A stretch of DNA of 64,000 nucleotides, taken from Antedon mediterranea (taxonomy: Eukaryota > Animalia > Echinodermata). Where the stretch lies: NCBI RefSeq assembly GCF_964355755.1, contig NC_092677.1, positions 8,082,101 through 8,146,100 of the forward strand. Direction: 5' to 3'. The notes under the pieces are model-generated. The model saw nothing but the letters and a program-made list of their open reading frames with translations. It did no database searches and was not told the DNA's origin. This document shows, piece by piece, positions 13,383 to 25,610 of the stretch; positions within the stretch are counted from its first letter, which is position 1; each line of letters starts with the position of its first letter. A program made the translations under genes and the position numbers.

Positions 13383-14828
13383 AAGATCATGGAGACACTA
13401 ATAAATATATTTTTATTTCATATTTTAAAGTGCCATTTCCGGCCATCGAGTAGCTGTATTTTTCCAAATTTTCTTATCAACCATGGTGAGGCTTTTTTAT
13501 TTCCTATTTTAAATTATAATTGCCATTTTCTAATTATGGTGGGCTAAGATCCTTTCATATTTTAAATTAAGTGCAAAGATCCCGGCCATCGAGCAGCTCT
13601 CATATTTCAGCTCAAAAATGGGGGGGGGGGGGGAGGTGTGGGGGGGGGGGGGTTGGTGTTGGTGTCATTTGCAATTACCATTTTCGCACCCCAGATATTT
13701 AGAATTATTAGTTATTACTCACAAAAGCAAAAATATAAATTGTGTACGACATGGGGATACAATTTTAGGCCCTATTTTGTGTCAGTTGGGGTTTTACAAA
13801 CTTTTATTAGACATACAACCGTTGGTGGCGCTGTCTAGGGTGTGCAATGAAGCAGAACTCAAATTTAGCGCTGAAATCAACATGGTGAAATTTCACGAGT
13901 GGAATTTATTCTGTAGGGTGTGCCTATTCGGTGACTTAGAACAACTATCATACTACTGTAAGTTTATGTTTGTTATTAGTAGTAGACTTGTATAGCATTG
14001 TATAAAACTATACAGTACTGTTTTGACATGATCATGACCAAAAACGGTTTCATAGGTGTTAGGCCCTATAGGCCTACCTGGTGATATAATTCCGCTAGTA
14101 GAACAATAGGCAACCAAATTAATGTTAGACCATGATAGGTCTACTTTTTAAGATGGCTATTCTTTGACAAAGTGTAAGCCTTGCGTATCCATTCAAATTA
14201 AAGTAGCCTGAAAATGCAAACAAAATACAATGTCAGGGCGTTTTAAATAATAATGCAATGCCTCGCGGGTGTGATTGGCAGGACAATTGTAGGACTAGAC
14301 CTACTAACAGTAGCCCTTCGAATGACACTCGAATACTGCACGCAAAAAAACACACACAACGAAGATTCTGAAACGGTGAATACAAACAAAATATTTTTGG
14401 CGTCTAGTGTATATTTTTATATTGCATTCTTTATTATTCCTGAAGATAATTTGACAAAAGTGTATGAGTGGTAATCTTTCCTTATATTATCCTATTGACA
14501 CATCAATGCCTAACAGGGTGACATTATACCCACGTTATATCAGATTAATTACCTATTGGGGAAAGAACACATAGCTTAGAACGCACTTAAAAGAAACATA
14601 GGCCATAAAGGTAGAATGCCAGCAGTATGATATGACACAACAAAATTTGAACTGTGCAATGCTTTAGCTTTCTGAAAGGTTAGGAAAAAAACATTACTTA
14701 CTTAAAGTTTGGAAGCATTTTGAAATCAGTATTTCGGATCTGTTCGGTAGCTGGCTGTAGCTCTTGTAATCATTTATGCGCAGGCAAGACATTATTTTTG
14801 TCCACAAAACTACTGGTCGTCAGTTCGA

Positions 14829-15068
14829 ATCTTACAGGGTCCGATATTGATCTTTTAATTCAGCTTTAATATAATATCATGATTATTGTTAACATAATTA
14901 ATATTATTTAGGCCTATGTTAACAATAATCATTAATAATAAATTCTTCCCCTAATCTTACAGGGTCCGATATTGATCTTTTAATTCAGCTTTAATATAAT
15001 ATCATGATTATTGTTAACATAAATATTATTTATGTTAACAATAATCATTAATAATAAATTCTTCCCCT
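14829..15068. repeat. Tandem duplication of a ~120-bp unit containing an internal palindrome
   Basis: aatcttacagggtccgatattgatc...ttcttcccct occurs twice. Each copy has atgattattgttaacata...tatgttaacaataatcat inverted arms. Confidence 0.9.
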
Positions 15069-15721
15069 TGTAGGCAAGCGCCATATTATTTGTGTATGCT
15101 TTGATAGACAATAGTAATGTCAGTCGACACAATAATAGTAACTTATGATTATACCATGCATACTTTACAGGTGGGTCGATTGCTAATTGATAATTACTGT
15201 ATTTGACCTAAAGACAGTAATATGCCTGTTAGGTTTTTTTTTTTGTTTATTCTAATGCGTGGTCGGATTACATTATATGCATTGATTTATTAAGTTAATA
15301 ATATATTCAGTTTTCCTAAGGTTAAATAAATGATATTGAAAAAAATAATTTCACATTTTGGAATTGCTAATCATTTTGAAAAGTACCTGATTAGAAATAA
15401 TACATTCTACTAGAGTATGGTAGACTGCGTTTAATTAACTTTCATAAAACCTGGGAAAACATGTTTCACTTCACTGATATAATGTAACCGTTGACTTACT
15501 TACTTCTAGTTACATCGAAAGTGCAAATTAAAGTTGGTGAAGATTATAACATTTCTGTTATTATTATATTTTAAAGCTTTCAGCATAATGTGATAATTTT
15601 TATGTAAATGAATACCAAGTGTGTTTATTCAGCTGAACAACATAGGTATACGGCTGTATTATAGTACTCCTAGGTAAAAAAAATCTCATTTACCTTATAA
15701 AAATGATATACTTCCGTATGG

Positions 15722-15837
15722 TATAAAAGGTTCCGGAAACATACTAAGTGCCTTTTTCCGTTTACTGATCAAAAGAACACATTTTCGTCATAAACATTCA
15801 AAACATTATTGTTGATCTACGTTACTTACAGGTATGT
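15722..15837 (+). promoter_or_regulatory. Candidate TATA box and short non-coding first exon
   Basis: TATAAAAG at 15722 followed ~110 bp later by a consensus donor CAG|GTATGT (15831/15832). Motif evidence only. Confidence 0.25.
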
Positions 15838-17268
15838 ATTTTTTTATTTAAATATTATTCATTTTAGATTAATGTGAACTGTTATTGGTATTATGTGGAT
15901 AAAGCTAACTAGCTGACTTGTTTAGATTTTATTTTAAATTGAATCACGGTGAATTGTATGATATTTGATTTTATACACAATGAAGATTGTTGTACCACCC
16001 AGAGGCAGGTTTAAATATTGTAAGTTGAATTCAACCGAATGTTCCATGCGTTGCATTGTAATTTAAAAAAATGAAGCATGGGTTGGGCGGAGTTAACTCC
16101 GCCCCCCCCCCCCCCCCCACTATGTGGTAAGTATAAGTGACTGGTTTCTCCTGGCCGACGAGAGGTTTCATTTATTTCTCAAGGTCAATCGTCTTGTCCT
16201 TGAAATTATACGTGTGTAATGGCACTTCGTCCACGCGAAGTTTTAATTGAATTTCCAGTTGATAACCCTCTTAATATTGTATACATTTGTCTTACGTACG
16301 CCTTAAACGTTGTGTTTTTAATAACTTTTTTATAACTGGTTTAATAAAATAACAAATTATAATATCTTATATTACTAATATTACAGTATTAGTATATTGT
16401 TTCATAGATTAAAGAATATTCCTTAATCCATGATTGTTTGAAGGTAACTTAAAGTCTTCGGTACAAAACAGAATTGTTGAGTTTTATATCAACGTTTTAT
16501 GAGTTATAATATTATTCGATAACAAATTATAAATAATTAAATATCAGTCCGTCCATCTTGTAATAAGCTAGGTCTATACATCATAAAAATAAAGTAATTA
16601 TACAATGTTGCTGTTCATCATTATGCATGTATTATTACGATGGTTTGAGGTTGAATTATCAGTTGGATTGCGAGTAATATATAATGATACGAGGTTGTTT
16701 GTAGTTTAAATTCAGCAATATTAATGTGCAACCGTCATCTAACGAAGTTTGGGACAATTTAGAGTACCATTGTCACATTATAATAAAGTTGAATTTCAAA
16801 TTTAATAAATTAATTATATTTTATCTGTCTTTCATGGTCAGACGATGAAATTAAACTATACGTGTGACCATCTGTAAAATTTAATTTAAAATTGAAATAA
16901 TAGTTGACGAATATACGCCTATATTGTGTGGTTAATTCAATGTTATTAAATATTCGATGAGACGCACAACAATATACAGTACGTAATGATTTACCTGTTG
17001 GTGTGGTCTAGTGATGAAGTCACGTAATGAAACTCCTAAAAACAAACCCACACTCACATTCTATTGAAGTAAGTTGCCAATTATGCGAAATTGCGCCATG
17101 TTGACGTAATCAAAAAAATACCTTTAAATAAAATCTGGAGAAAATATTATAAAATATTTATTTGTTTGCAAAGAGATTTGTTTTATATGTTTTTTTTTCA
17201 AAAAGTACCTTAGCTAAAGATGCATTTGCTGTATAAAGTATTTAGATTTCTTAACGAATGTGAAACTA

Positions 17269-17402
17269 AAGCTTGGTTCCCACTAGGACGCAACGCAAGG
17301 ATGTAACGCAACGCAGGGTGATTTGCAAGCGATGAATTATTCGAAAAGTCGCGTGTCATTGGTCAACTCGCTTGCGTTGCGTCGCTAGTGGGAACCACGC
17401 TT
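17269..17402. mobile_element. MITE, PIF/Harbinger-superfamily style (TIR AAGCTTGGTTCCCACTAG)
   Basis: aagcttggttcccactag...ctagtgggaaccacgctt with TA on both flanks and internal acgcaacgcaag motifs in inverted orientation. Confidence 0.85.
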
Positions 17403-18284
17403 TAGACACACGTCGTACGTACCTAGTCTCGTAATTGTCACCGTTCCGAAACAAAAGCTCGGCTTTCAAATTAATCTGCATGCATATTGGCATGGGTATC
17501 TTTTTAAAAAATATTTTACCAGATTTTACTATATTCCTTAAGTTATTGTGGAGTATTGCATTTTAATGGCTTATCCATCTACCTGCACTGAATTATTAAT
17601 TGCTAGCTGGTTTGGTATTCTTTTTTTTCTTAGTTGTTTTTCTCTGTCAGACAAGTCCGCATTGATTTTATTTTACATTAACCTACGGTAATAAATGAAT
17701 AATGTGCATAACTATACATTGTTTTTTGTTGTAATGCTTAGATTAATATGAACGTACATAGTTAAAGGTGACAACAACTATCATTACTTCGCTGCTAACA
17801 CTATTGTGGGGAAAGATAAAATAGTTATTGCACAAATTCGCTATTTATGCATATCACTCTAAATCCGAGTGCCCAATTTTAAAAGCACGTTACACGTTCT
17901 TTCCTCAATCTAGGTGCCTGACGTTCAAACGCAAAATATATAGATAGCTTAAACCATTATTTTATATACAGTGCCTCCGTGCTTAAACATCCGATATACT
18001 TCGTCGTAATCCGGTGAGGAAGTAATTTTATCGTTATATTTGGAAAGTTAAGATGTACTTCCGAAACCTATCGGAATTATATCGGTATTGACACGAAGGT
18101 ACCGAGAGTTAATCGATCACATGATCACATCGGCTGAAAAGCGGCAGTCACATTTTTTACGTTTAACGGAACGGACGACGGCACCGTTCAATCCTGTATA
18201 TCATTTTCCATTATTTAATAACGCGGTGCCGTCTTCAGTTCCGTGAAAGTGTGCCCTGAGAAAACTATCGTAGAAAATGGGTTC

Positions 18285-18447
18285 AGTGGTAAAACATAGG
18301 GTCGTTCACACCAAATTCGTACGATTTGAATCCGTACCTTATTTGGACCCCGAATGTGGTGCTATGGTAAAAGATAGGAACGTTCACACCAAATTCGTAC
18401 GATTTAAATCTGTACCTGATTTGGACCCTGAATTTGGTGCTATGGAT
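18285..18447. repeat. Tandem duplication, 78-bp unit x2
   Basis: cgttcacaccaaattcgtacgattt.aatc.gtacct.atttggaccc.gaat.tggtgctatgg occurs twice. Confidence 0.85.
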
Positions 18448-19919
18448 CGAAAAGCCATTTGTTTGCTGAAATCGATTTTTTTTCCTTTGACCAATCAACA
18501 GTAGTGAGCATGAATGACCTCGCTTGACACCGATATCCGTTTTCGTGCTCGATGTGAAAGCACGCTCAACGCTTGCGATATTTTTCTCTCAGGCCGCTGG
18601 GCAAAATCCGGCCGCGACGTGGAGTAGCTTTACTCGGATGATTCGGATTGGCGATATAGGCGTGTAGTCCTACATAGGCCTACAGTTAAAACAAAAGCAA
18701 TTATTTAAGTTTTCATTATCGTTATCGTCCTAGTATAAATGGGCATTTCTGCATGTTGGAAATTGTCACTCTCTGCATTAGACCTATCATTGAATACTGT
18801 ACAACAAGAAAGTAAATCAAATTCATTAATTTCCATGTAAAACCATCTATTAAACCGCTTGAATTACGTGTCATTGTAAGTGACAGATTCCCTTACTATC
18901 CATCTTCGATGTGTAACATCTTGAATGCACAATTAAAATAACACCTACATAGAAAAGAGAAAATATACATTAACACTTACAATGATTTCTTTCTCTTAAT
19001 CTAATCACTGAGATTATCTCACAATTAGTTTATGCTATCACCTAAAGTATTCGCTAACACTGTAGGTCAGTGACCACACGTTGAATTGCTAGCTCAGTAT
19101 CGTCGCATCAAATAATAAGCGTAAACTTCTTCTTTATTTTAACTATCGATTACAAATAAATGTCTAATTATGGCTCTTTACAAAAAGACGAAAGTCCTCG
19201 CCACTGAAATTCTCCCCGCGACTTACAGTCGAACAACAGGAAACGTACATTGACATGGATTAGTTATGATGTAAACGGGTATTGTTTAAACATAGTCTCT
19301 AGCTATTGAAATGCTTTATCGTATAATTTCGTCAATGTGTGTGGGTTAGTTATTTACCCGGGTAAGTTGATGTACGAGTACGTCGATAATATTTTAAACA
19401 ATACTTGGCCTAAACTACTGGATATAAAGAAAATAGATGTGCCGAATTCGTTTCCGTGTGCGGAGAGCGGCGGTCTATGTCGCGGGTTTGAGTCCCATCC
19501 GATAATTAGGCTAATTGATTTTAATTTGCTCGCACTAGGCCTAAATAAAATGTATTGTGCTTGATTGTCAGACAATAATAATTATCGTCTTAGCGTTTTC
19601 TAATTATCGATTTGAATTTCGAAATTTAAAAGAAGCAACTCAAAATTCAAGATTGAATCTAGGTAAATTTATTGATTTTAAACTAATAATTCATCACAGT
19701 ATTCATTGTGTTACATTTATAGTCACATTATGCAAATTATAGCCTGTGTTAGTTTACTTTTAGAAGAATATAGAATGAGATATTGTCTTGGTCGAGATAT
19801 TTAGTAACATACTCATAAATCGTCACATACGTTTCTTTAAAATGTGTATAAGCTTTCAGAATTTCAATTAGCATTGTATTTTCTCAATCGTAGTAATCAC
19901 CATAATGATTAATTAATAT

Positions 19920-20232
19920 ACAAATAATGAATGTTTATGAGTGCAATGGTACAAATAATGGCACGAGGTGAATGATGAAAGGTTATATCAACGAGGCAAA
20001 GCCGAGTTGATATAACCTTTCATCATTCACCAAGTGCCATTATTTGTACCATTACACGAATACAAAAGATTCATTATTTGTTTTATATAACATCTAGACG
20101 TTTTTTTTTCGTACACAAAAATGTTTCAAAAAGTACTATTTAACGATCGTTGAATAGTGCGTACTATTGCACGCCAGGTGACCCACATTCGTCCAATCAA
20201 ATGACAGGAATTTATATAGGTGTTATATAATA
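19920..20232 (+). mobile_element. Non-autonomous element with a long terminal hairpin and asymmetric inverted repeat (Crypton-like by inference)
   Basis: Hairpin at 19920-20081. ttatataacatcta just after the hairpin is the inverted complement of taggtgttatataa at the far end, which is preceded by ccaatca...atttatatagg. Confidence 0.7.
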
Positions 20233-23200
20233 AATAATATACATGGTAATAAAGTAAACTTTCCATTTTTAGTCCTTTTTATAAAACAAAAGAGAGATAA
20301 AGAGACCTTAGCAACAATAATCAAAATAACACTCTTAAAACGCGTTTTATACTCGTTCGAAACGCGATAAAGGGCTATTTTAAAAACGCGTTTCTAATAT
20401 ACTTATTTTAAAACGCGAGAACCCGCTGTTTTCTTTGAAAGAAAAGTTATAATCAAAATTATAATTATCATAATATTTAAAATCAAACTTGAAACTTGAA
20501 ACTAAAATTATGGTCATCTGCCGAGTGCGGATAACCAATATGTTTTTTTATTGATGATCCTGGGATTACTATCGAAACTTCGCACGTTAAACGCCTTTTG
20601 GTTTACCATTTAAATTTCATGTTTAAATGATTAGGCCTATTACAAACGTCATCCTGTGATTAACACCACCGATATAAGATCAAGCTCTCAACATAATTTA
20701 AACGCCTACACAAGTTAAAACACCTTGCATGCGATCCATTGACTTTTCAAATACGAAAATAGAAATGATAGTGTCAATATACACGTAAAAATAGCAAAAA
20801 AAATCATTAATGTGTAGGAATAATGAGCTCTGTTATTGCGTCAGGCTTTCTCCACATTATATATGTTTTTAGTGTGTTTTGAAATGTTTTCTTATAAATT
20901 TGTATAAAGACGTGGGTGTACCAATTTAGACTTATTAGTTTAATTAAATTTATTTAATTTAAACTGGTATTAGTTGATTTTTTAAAGTTGGTTTTCAGTA
21001 AGTTCAAACCATTGAATTGCTACATGTCACGCTGTATTCTGCATAAGCAACTTCTCCAAAAGGTTTCGGACTTTGGTTAAAGACAACTTACTCATTGTTG
21101 TTAAAAGATAATATCTGAGCCCGCATACAAATATCCTGGATAGTGGCCGTGTGTGTTAATTTTTTTTAAAGAGAGAAGTCCTATACAAATCAGTTGGTTA
21201 GAAATTCTGGCAAATTCTAAACAAGATCTAGAACCAATCGTATTGGCGGCTGTCCTTTACTGTTGTATGGGAGAAGCCACTCCATAGGCCTAGTTGCTAA
21301 GGCTCTCAAATATCGTTTTGTTATTTTTTTAACTGAGTTACATATGAAAAGAATCCGGTTTCAGACCTAATATTTTATCTGAAAAATTGACCAAAGAAAT
21401 ATTTGCCAGAAATAAATTTTACTGAACATTGTACTTGCTATTATTATTGGGAATAAAGAGTACGTTTAACTGTCAGTTGGTAATTCACTAACCTCAACCT
21501 ACTCCGATCCTTTCATCTATCAAATACCGTGCTTAATGGCTTCTTATTCGAGCGTGTACTCCTCGAGTACCGGGGAATTAAAAAGTGCCGAGATTTATTA
21601 ATATTTGCTGGTAATACACTTGTAATATTTCAATCAAGCTGAAAATTACCCAAACTTATATATTTGTGCATTTCACTAAAAGAAAAAGCCATTTTAAAAG
21701 TTTTCGAAAACATTCATCTGGTTTCAAATAATTTATGTATTTTTTTCCTTTTATTGAACATACCAAAATAGTAAGTCTATTTTTTATGGTACAAAGGGAA
21801 ACATTTAGAACATTTTTCCAGAATTGTACTGTGTACACTATTATTGGCATTGGAGAAAGTGGGAAGCAAATGTTTATTAAACCTGCTTAACAGGAAATTA
21901 ACTTAACTTTGTTTTAAGTTAATGATTTTGCTATTCCTCAATATTTTACTTAAGCTCTTCTTTACTATCTTAACTTAAGCAAAACGATTTAAGTTAAGAT
22001 TGATCCTGAACATTTTCCTGGGCCTATTCATATTTGTATTAATTTGTTAAGATATGATAACTATACGTCTAGTTATTCTACTAATGAAGGTTATGTTTTT
22101 CCTCATTCATTTTATTTTTAAATCTAATAGACATTCTCATGTTATCCCAACTTCCATTTGTTGACAATTTCAGCCTGAATAATGCCTTCTTATTGAAAAA
22201 AAAGGTGTTTACAACGTACAGTAGTATTGCAGTCTCCGTGATTAGACATACATATTTGTGTATTTAACCCAATTCAATTCACATTTCGTTCATCGTCATC
22301 GTTCACAATACAATTATTATAATTGATAATCTTGCATTGAGTTGAGTTCTGTTCTTTGCAAGACCATTATACAAAAACAAATCACAAACATATACACAAA
22401 GATAGATTAAAATAAAAGAAAACATCATTTGGTGTTGGTCCAACGAGGTTTTATAGTACCAATATCAATGTTAGCAAAATGTATGAGGGAAAGCAAATTA
22501 AAAAAATATTTATGAATATAATGAATAATTATGTATTTTATTATCATAATGCAAAAAAAAAACTTTGTTGAAAACCAGTTGCCGATCGGTTACATTGATA
22601 TAACACTATGCCAGCAAGACATGCGCAGACGATTGTATATTCGGTCTGATGGACTTTGTGCGTAACGTCGCGTCGTGTAATTGAAAAGTCCCTAAAAGAC
22701 GCCAGTTAATATTCTCTTTATGATCACCGTCTGCGCTAAAGTCCTTATGGAGAATGCGATAAAGTAAGCAACTTATAACGATAGATATACGATACATTGA
22801 TTATAATCTCTATAAAGTGATTGTCGACACTTGTGTAAACTAATCATTCATTTTCACTGCGGTGGTTACTCTTAGTAACAGGACAAAATAAACAGATTTT
22901 ATGCAATCTGTTTCTAGACGAATAATGTTTCTAAATTATAGTCTGTACTAGTATTAATAGACTTTACAAAACGTTTTGTTTGCGAACTTAGAGTTTGCTC
23001 GAGTTTGCCAGTGTAGACGTGTGTCAACTACACTATCAAACCAGCACCAGTTTGCAAAGAAAATTGTTTGTTGCAGAGTAGTCTATGAATGCCTAACATA
23101 CTGCGTATGGTGATAGTTTTGCTTCTGTGAACTAAGTCAATTGGTCAGGAAAACATATGACCAATTAATATTACCGCATAAATGTTACGACCCACGAACA

Positions 23201-23344
23201 TTATATTTCATCTTTAATCAATATCTCATAGTCAACGTAATAGATTTTCTTAATCAACAAATGGCGTGTTTGTTAATATAAATACTTTTGTGGTATGCAT
23301 TTTGTAAATGTAACCAAGATGTCAGACGGAACAAAGTGGACTAA

Positions 23345-23590
23345 TAGTGTTAGTGTTGGTTAGATAACTGTTTAGTGTTAGTGTTGGTTAGATAACTGGT
23401 TAGTGTTGGTTAGATAACTGTTTAGTGTTAGTGTTGGTTAGATAACTGTTTAGTGTTAGTGTTGGTTAGATAACTGTTTAGTGTTAGTGTTGGTTAGATA
23501 ACTGTTTAGTGTTAGTGTTGGTTAGATAACTGTTTAGTGTTAGTGTTGGTTAGATAACTGTTTAGTGTTAGTGTTGGTTAGATAACTGTT
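23345..23590. repeat. Minisatellite, 28-bp unit, ~9 copies
   Basis: Near-perfect repeats of gtttagtgttagtgttggttagataact. Confidence 0.95.
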
Positions 23591-23642
23591 TTCATCTTTA
23601 AAGCAGTAACTCCAGTAGAATAATGTTGATCTCTAGTTAGAG

Positions 23643-24024
23643 CAAAGAACTTATAACACAAGAATCTCCTGTTCTTCAATTTGCATTCAAAACACAGTAT
23701 CGGAAGTTCAGGGTTAAAAGGTCAAACAGGGCGACGCCATTTCACAGCATGGAGCCCCCCCCCCCCCCCCCACCTAGAGTATTAGCAGATCCCATCTATG
23801 ATTTTGATTTTCTAATTTGATGCGGGTGCCCTACTCCTCAGTCAATTAATCTATCCCCCTAGAGTATTAGCAGATCCCCTCTATGATTTTGACTTTCTAA
23901 TTTGATGCGGGCGCGCTTCTCCATGGCTCACAACCACCCATTAGCTCTATTCTATCCCACAATGCCTTTCGAAATTGTTACGCGCTTCGGACGAACAGGA
24001 GATTCTTGTGTTATAAGTTCTGTG
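23643..24024. mobile_element. MITE with ~32-bp TIR and 7-bp TSD (P-element-like)
   Basis: caaagaacttataacacaagaatctcctgttc ... gaacaggagattcttgtgttataagttctgtg. Flanks gttagag / gttaaag (6/7 match) and CA...TG termini. Contains an internal direct duplication at 23773-23911. Confidence 0.75.
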
Positions 24025-25077
24025 GTTAAAGTCCGTATTAAACAGATTATTTACCTTAAATTCAACAATAATAATATAGTTATAATATCAGTACACTGAT
24101 AAATTAATAATTAACAATTTCAAATATTTTTCTACGTATAACCGATATTAACCATATCTTAAATTTTGTTGCAGACTAATGCCCTTAAATATATTTAATA
24201 TTAACTTTGGTAATCCAATATTTTATGATATAATTTCAACGTTACAACCTTGGTGATTTCTAATTATTGTATTATAAATACAACATCTTACTGAATTAGA
24301 GGAATCGTGATTTAAAATGCTTGACACAATTTTTCATTATTTTTAAATATTTAATTAATCTTATTTATCTGATGCATTGCAAGAATTAATTTACCATAGT
24401 AAATTTCCTATTTGAAAAAATATTCTACATTGTAGCGATTAAGATAAAATGTTATATGTTCTGAGAACGGAAATATTACGTCCTGCAGTAATATTACTTT
24501 AATGTGTTTTAATAAATTTGGTAAAACATATCTTTACAAGATCATGTACAAATAGGAAATGATCTTATCAATCTTAATCTTTTAAGTGTGAATGTACCGT
24601 TATTCGATATTAATGGTTGAGCATCTAAATTGTTGTACAAATTATATTACCTCACACAGAAGCCACACGAATTACCGTAGCTAACAGTACCTTAAGGCAC
24701 GTTCACACTGTAAGAAATTGAAATTTCCTAATGGAAACCCATTTGTCTTTGTCATTCAGAAGTTAATTGGAAACCTCTGATTGAGTTAAAGGTTCAACTA
24801 ACTATAGTCTTAATTATGTCTGTTGTTTTCACGTTCTGATTCTTACGTGTTATTGTGATTCGGCAAAATCAAACATATTGGATAAAGATTCGGCATAATC
24901 AAACAGATTGGACAAGGCGCCAATGGCGACAAAAACAGTCATCATTTTTGTCACTGATGTTCGAATTTGTCTGACGGTCATATTTGTAATGCTCTTTTTC
25001 ATTTGATACATGGTTTATTCTAATAAAACCCATTCGAAAAAGAGGTGCCAATGTCGACAAAAAACTGATCATTCTGA

Positions 25078-25265
25078 TTTTAGTCAAACGCGACTTTACA
25101 GTTCACTATGTCGGTCGGTTGGTCGGTAAACATTAACTCAAATATGAGCACGCGACTGCAGCCATGTATGGCTTTGATTAGTCGCGTGCAACGCGACTCT
25201 GCAGCTCATTATGTTGGTCGGTCGGTTGGTCGGTAAACACTTAACTTGAGCACGCGCCTTGTTTT
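25078..25265 (+). mobile_element. Two tandem Helentron-like short elements (HINE/DINE-1-like) with (GGTC)n tract
   Basis: agtcgcgtgcaacgcgact short inverted repeat, a gtcggtcggttggtcggt tract, a second cacgcgact and a 3' mini-hairpin agccatgtatggct. Further copies at ~26180-26272 (+), ~39745-39840 (-) and ~54380-54470 (-). Confidence 0.6.
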
Positions 25266-25295
25266 TAAGTATGTTTGTTTTGATACATGGCATAT

Positions 25296-25610
25296 AAAGG
25301 TAAAGGTAAAGGTATTTATATTTGTCCTCAAGCTTAACTGGAAACTGAGGAAATTCGGATTAGGCCCTTCATGGACCCACAGCAGCCAGCAGTGCAGCGC
25401 CTACCAGATAAGCACACGAGAGACGATCCTCTACTCTTTTCAAATAGTGTACCAAGTTCTTTAAGTACACGGGACCAACGGCTTTACATCTCATCTGAAG
25501 GAAGAGGCAATGAGAGTAAAGCATCTTGCCCAAGGATGCAATTAGTATGGTAAAGATAACTTCGAACCCATGCCTATCACATGCTAGTCCGATATTACCA
25601 TTACACCATC
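25296..25610 (-). mobile_element. tRNA-derived SINE with a Deu/Nin-like central domain and (ACCTTT)n tail
   Basis: The minus strand reads B-box-like GGTTCGAA, then TCCTTGGGCAAGATGCTTTA and CAGATGAGATGTAAAGCCGTTGGTCCCGTGT...AAAGAAC...AAAGAGTAGAG. The tail appears as aaggtaaaggtaaaggt on +. Confidence 0.7.

Larger units (their letters stand above)
9946..13620. repeat. Internally repetitive interspersed repeat (ccaaccatggtggggctgaggtcctgg... subunits), interrupted by the LINE
   Basis: The same subunits occur at 10050-10494 and 13384-13615. The unit 'ggtgggcta|agatc' is split exactly at the LINE boundaries. Confidence 0.75.

Noticed and set aside
13619-13653. Poly-G tracts (also poly-C at ~16102 and ~23755) as functional G-quadruplexes; ORFs 13618 and 13638
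   Set aside because: Homopolymer runs associated with repeats; their length is unreliable and there is no independent support.
19453-19502. tRNA-like A/B boxes (gtgcggagagcgg...gggtttgagtccc)
   Set aside because: Too short for a cloverleaf and no acceptor stem; at most a decayed SINE head.
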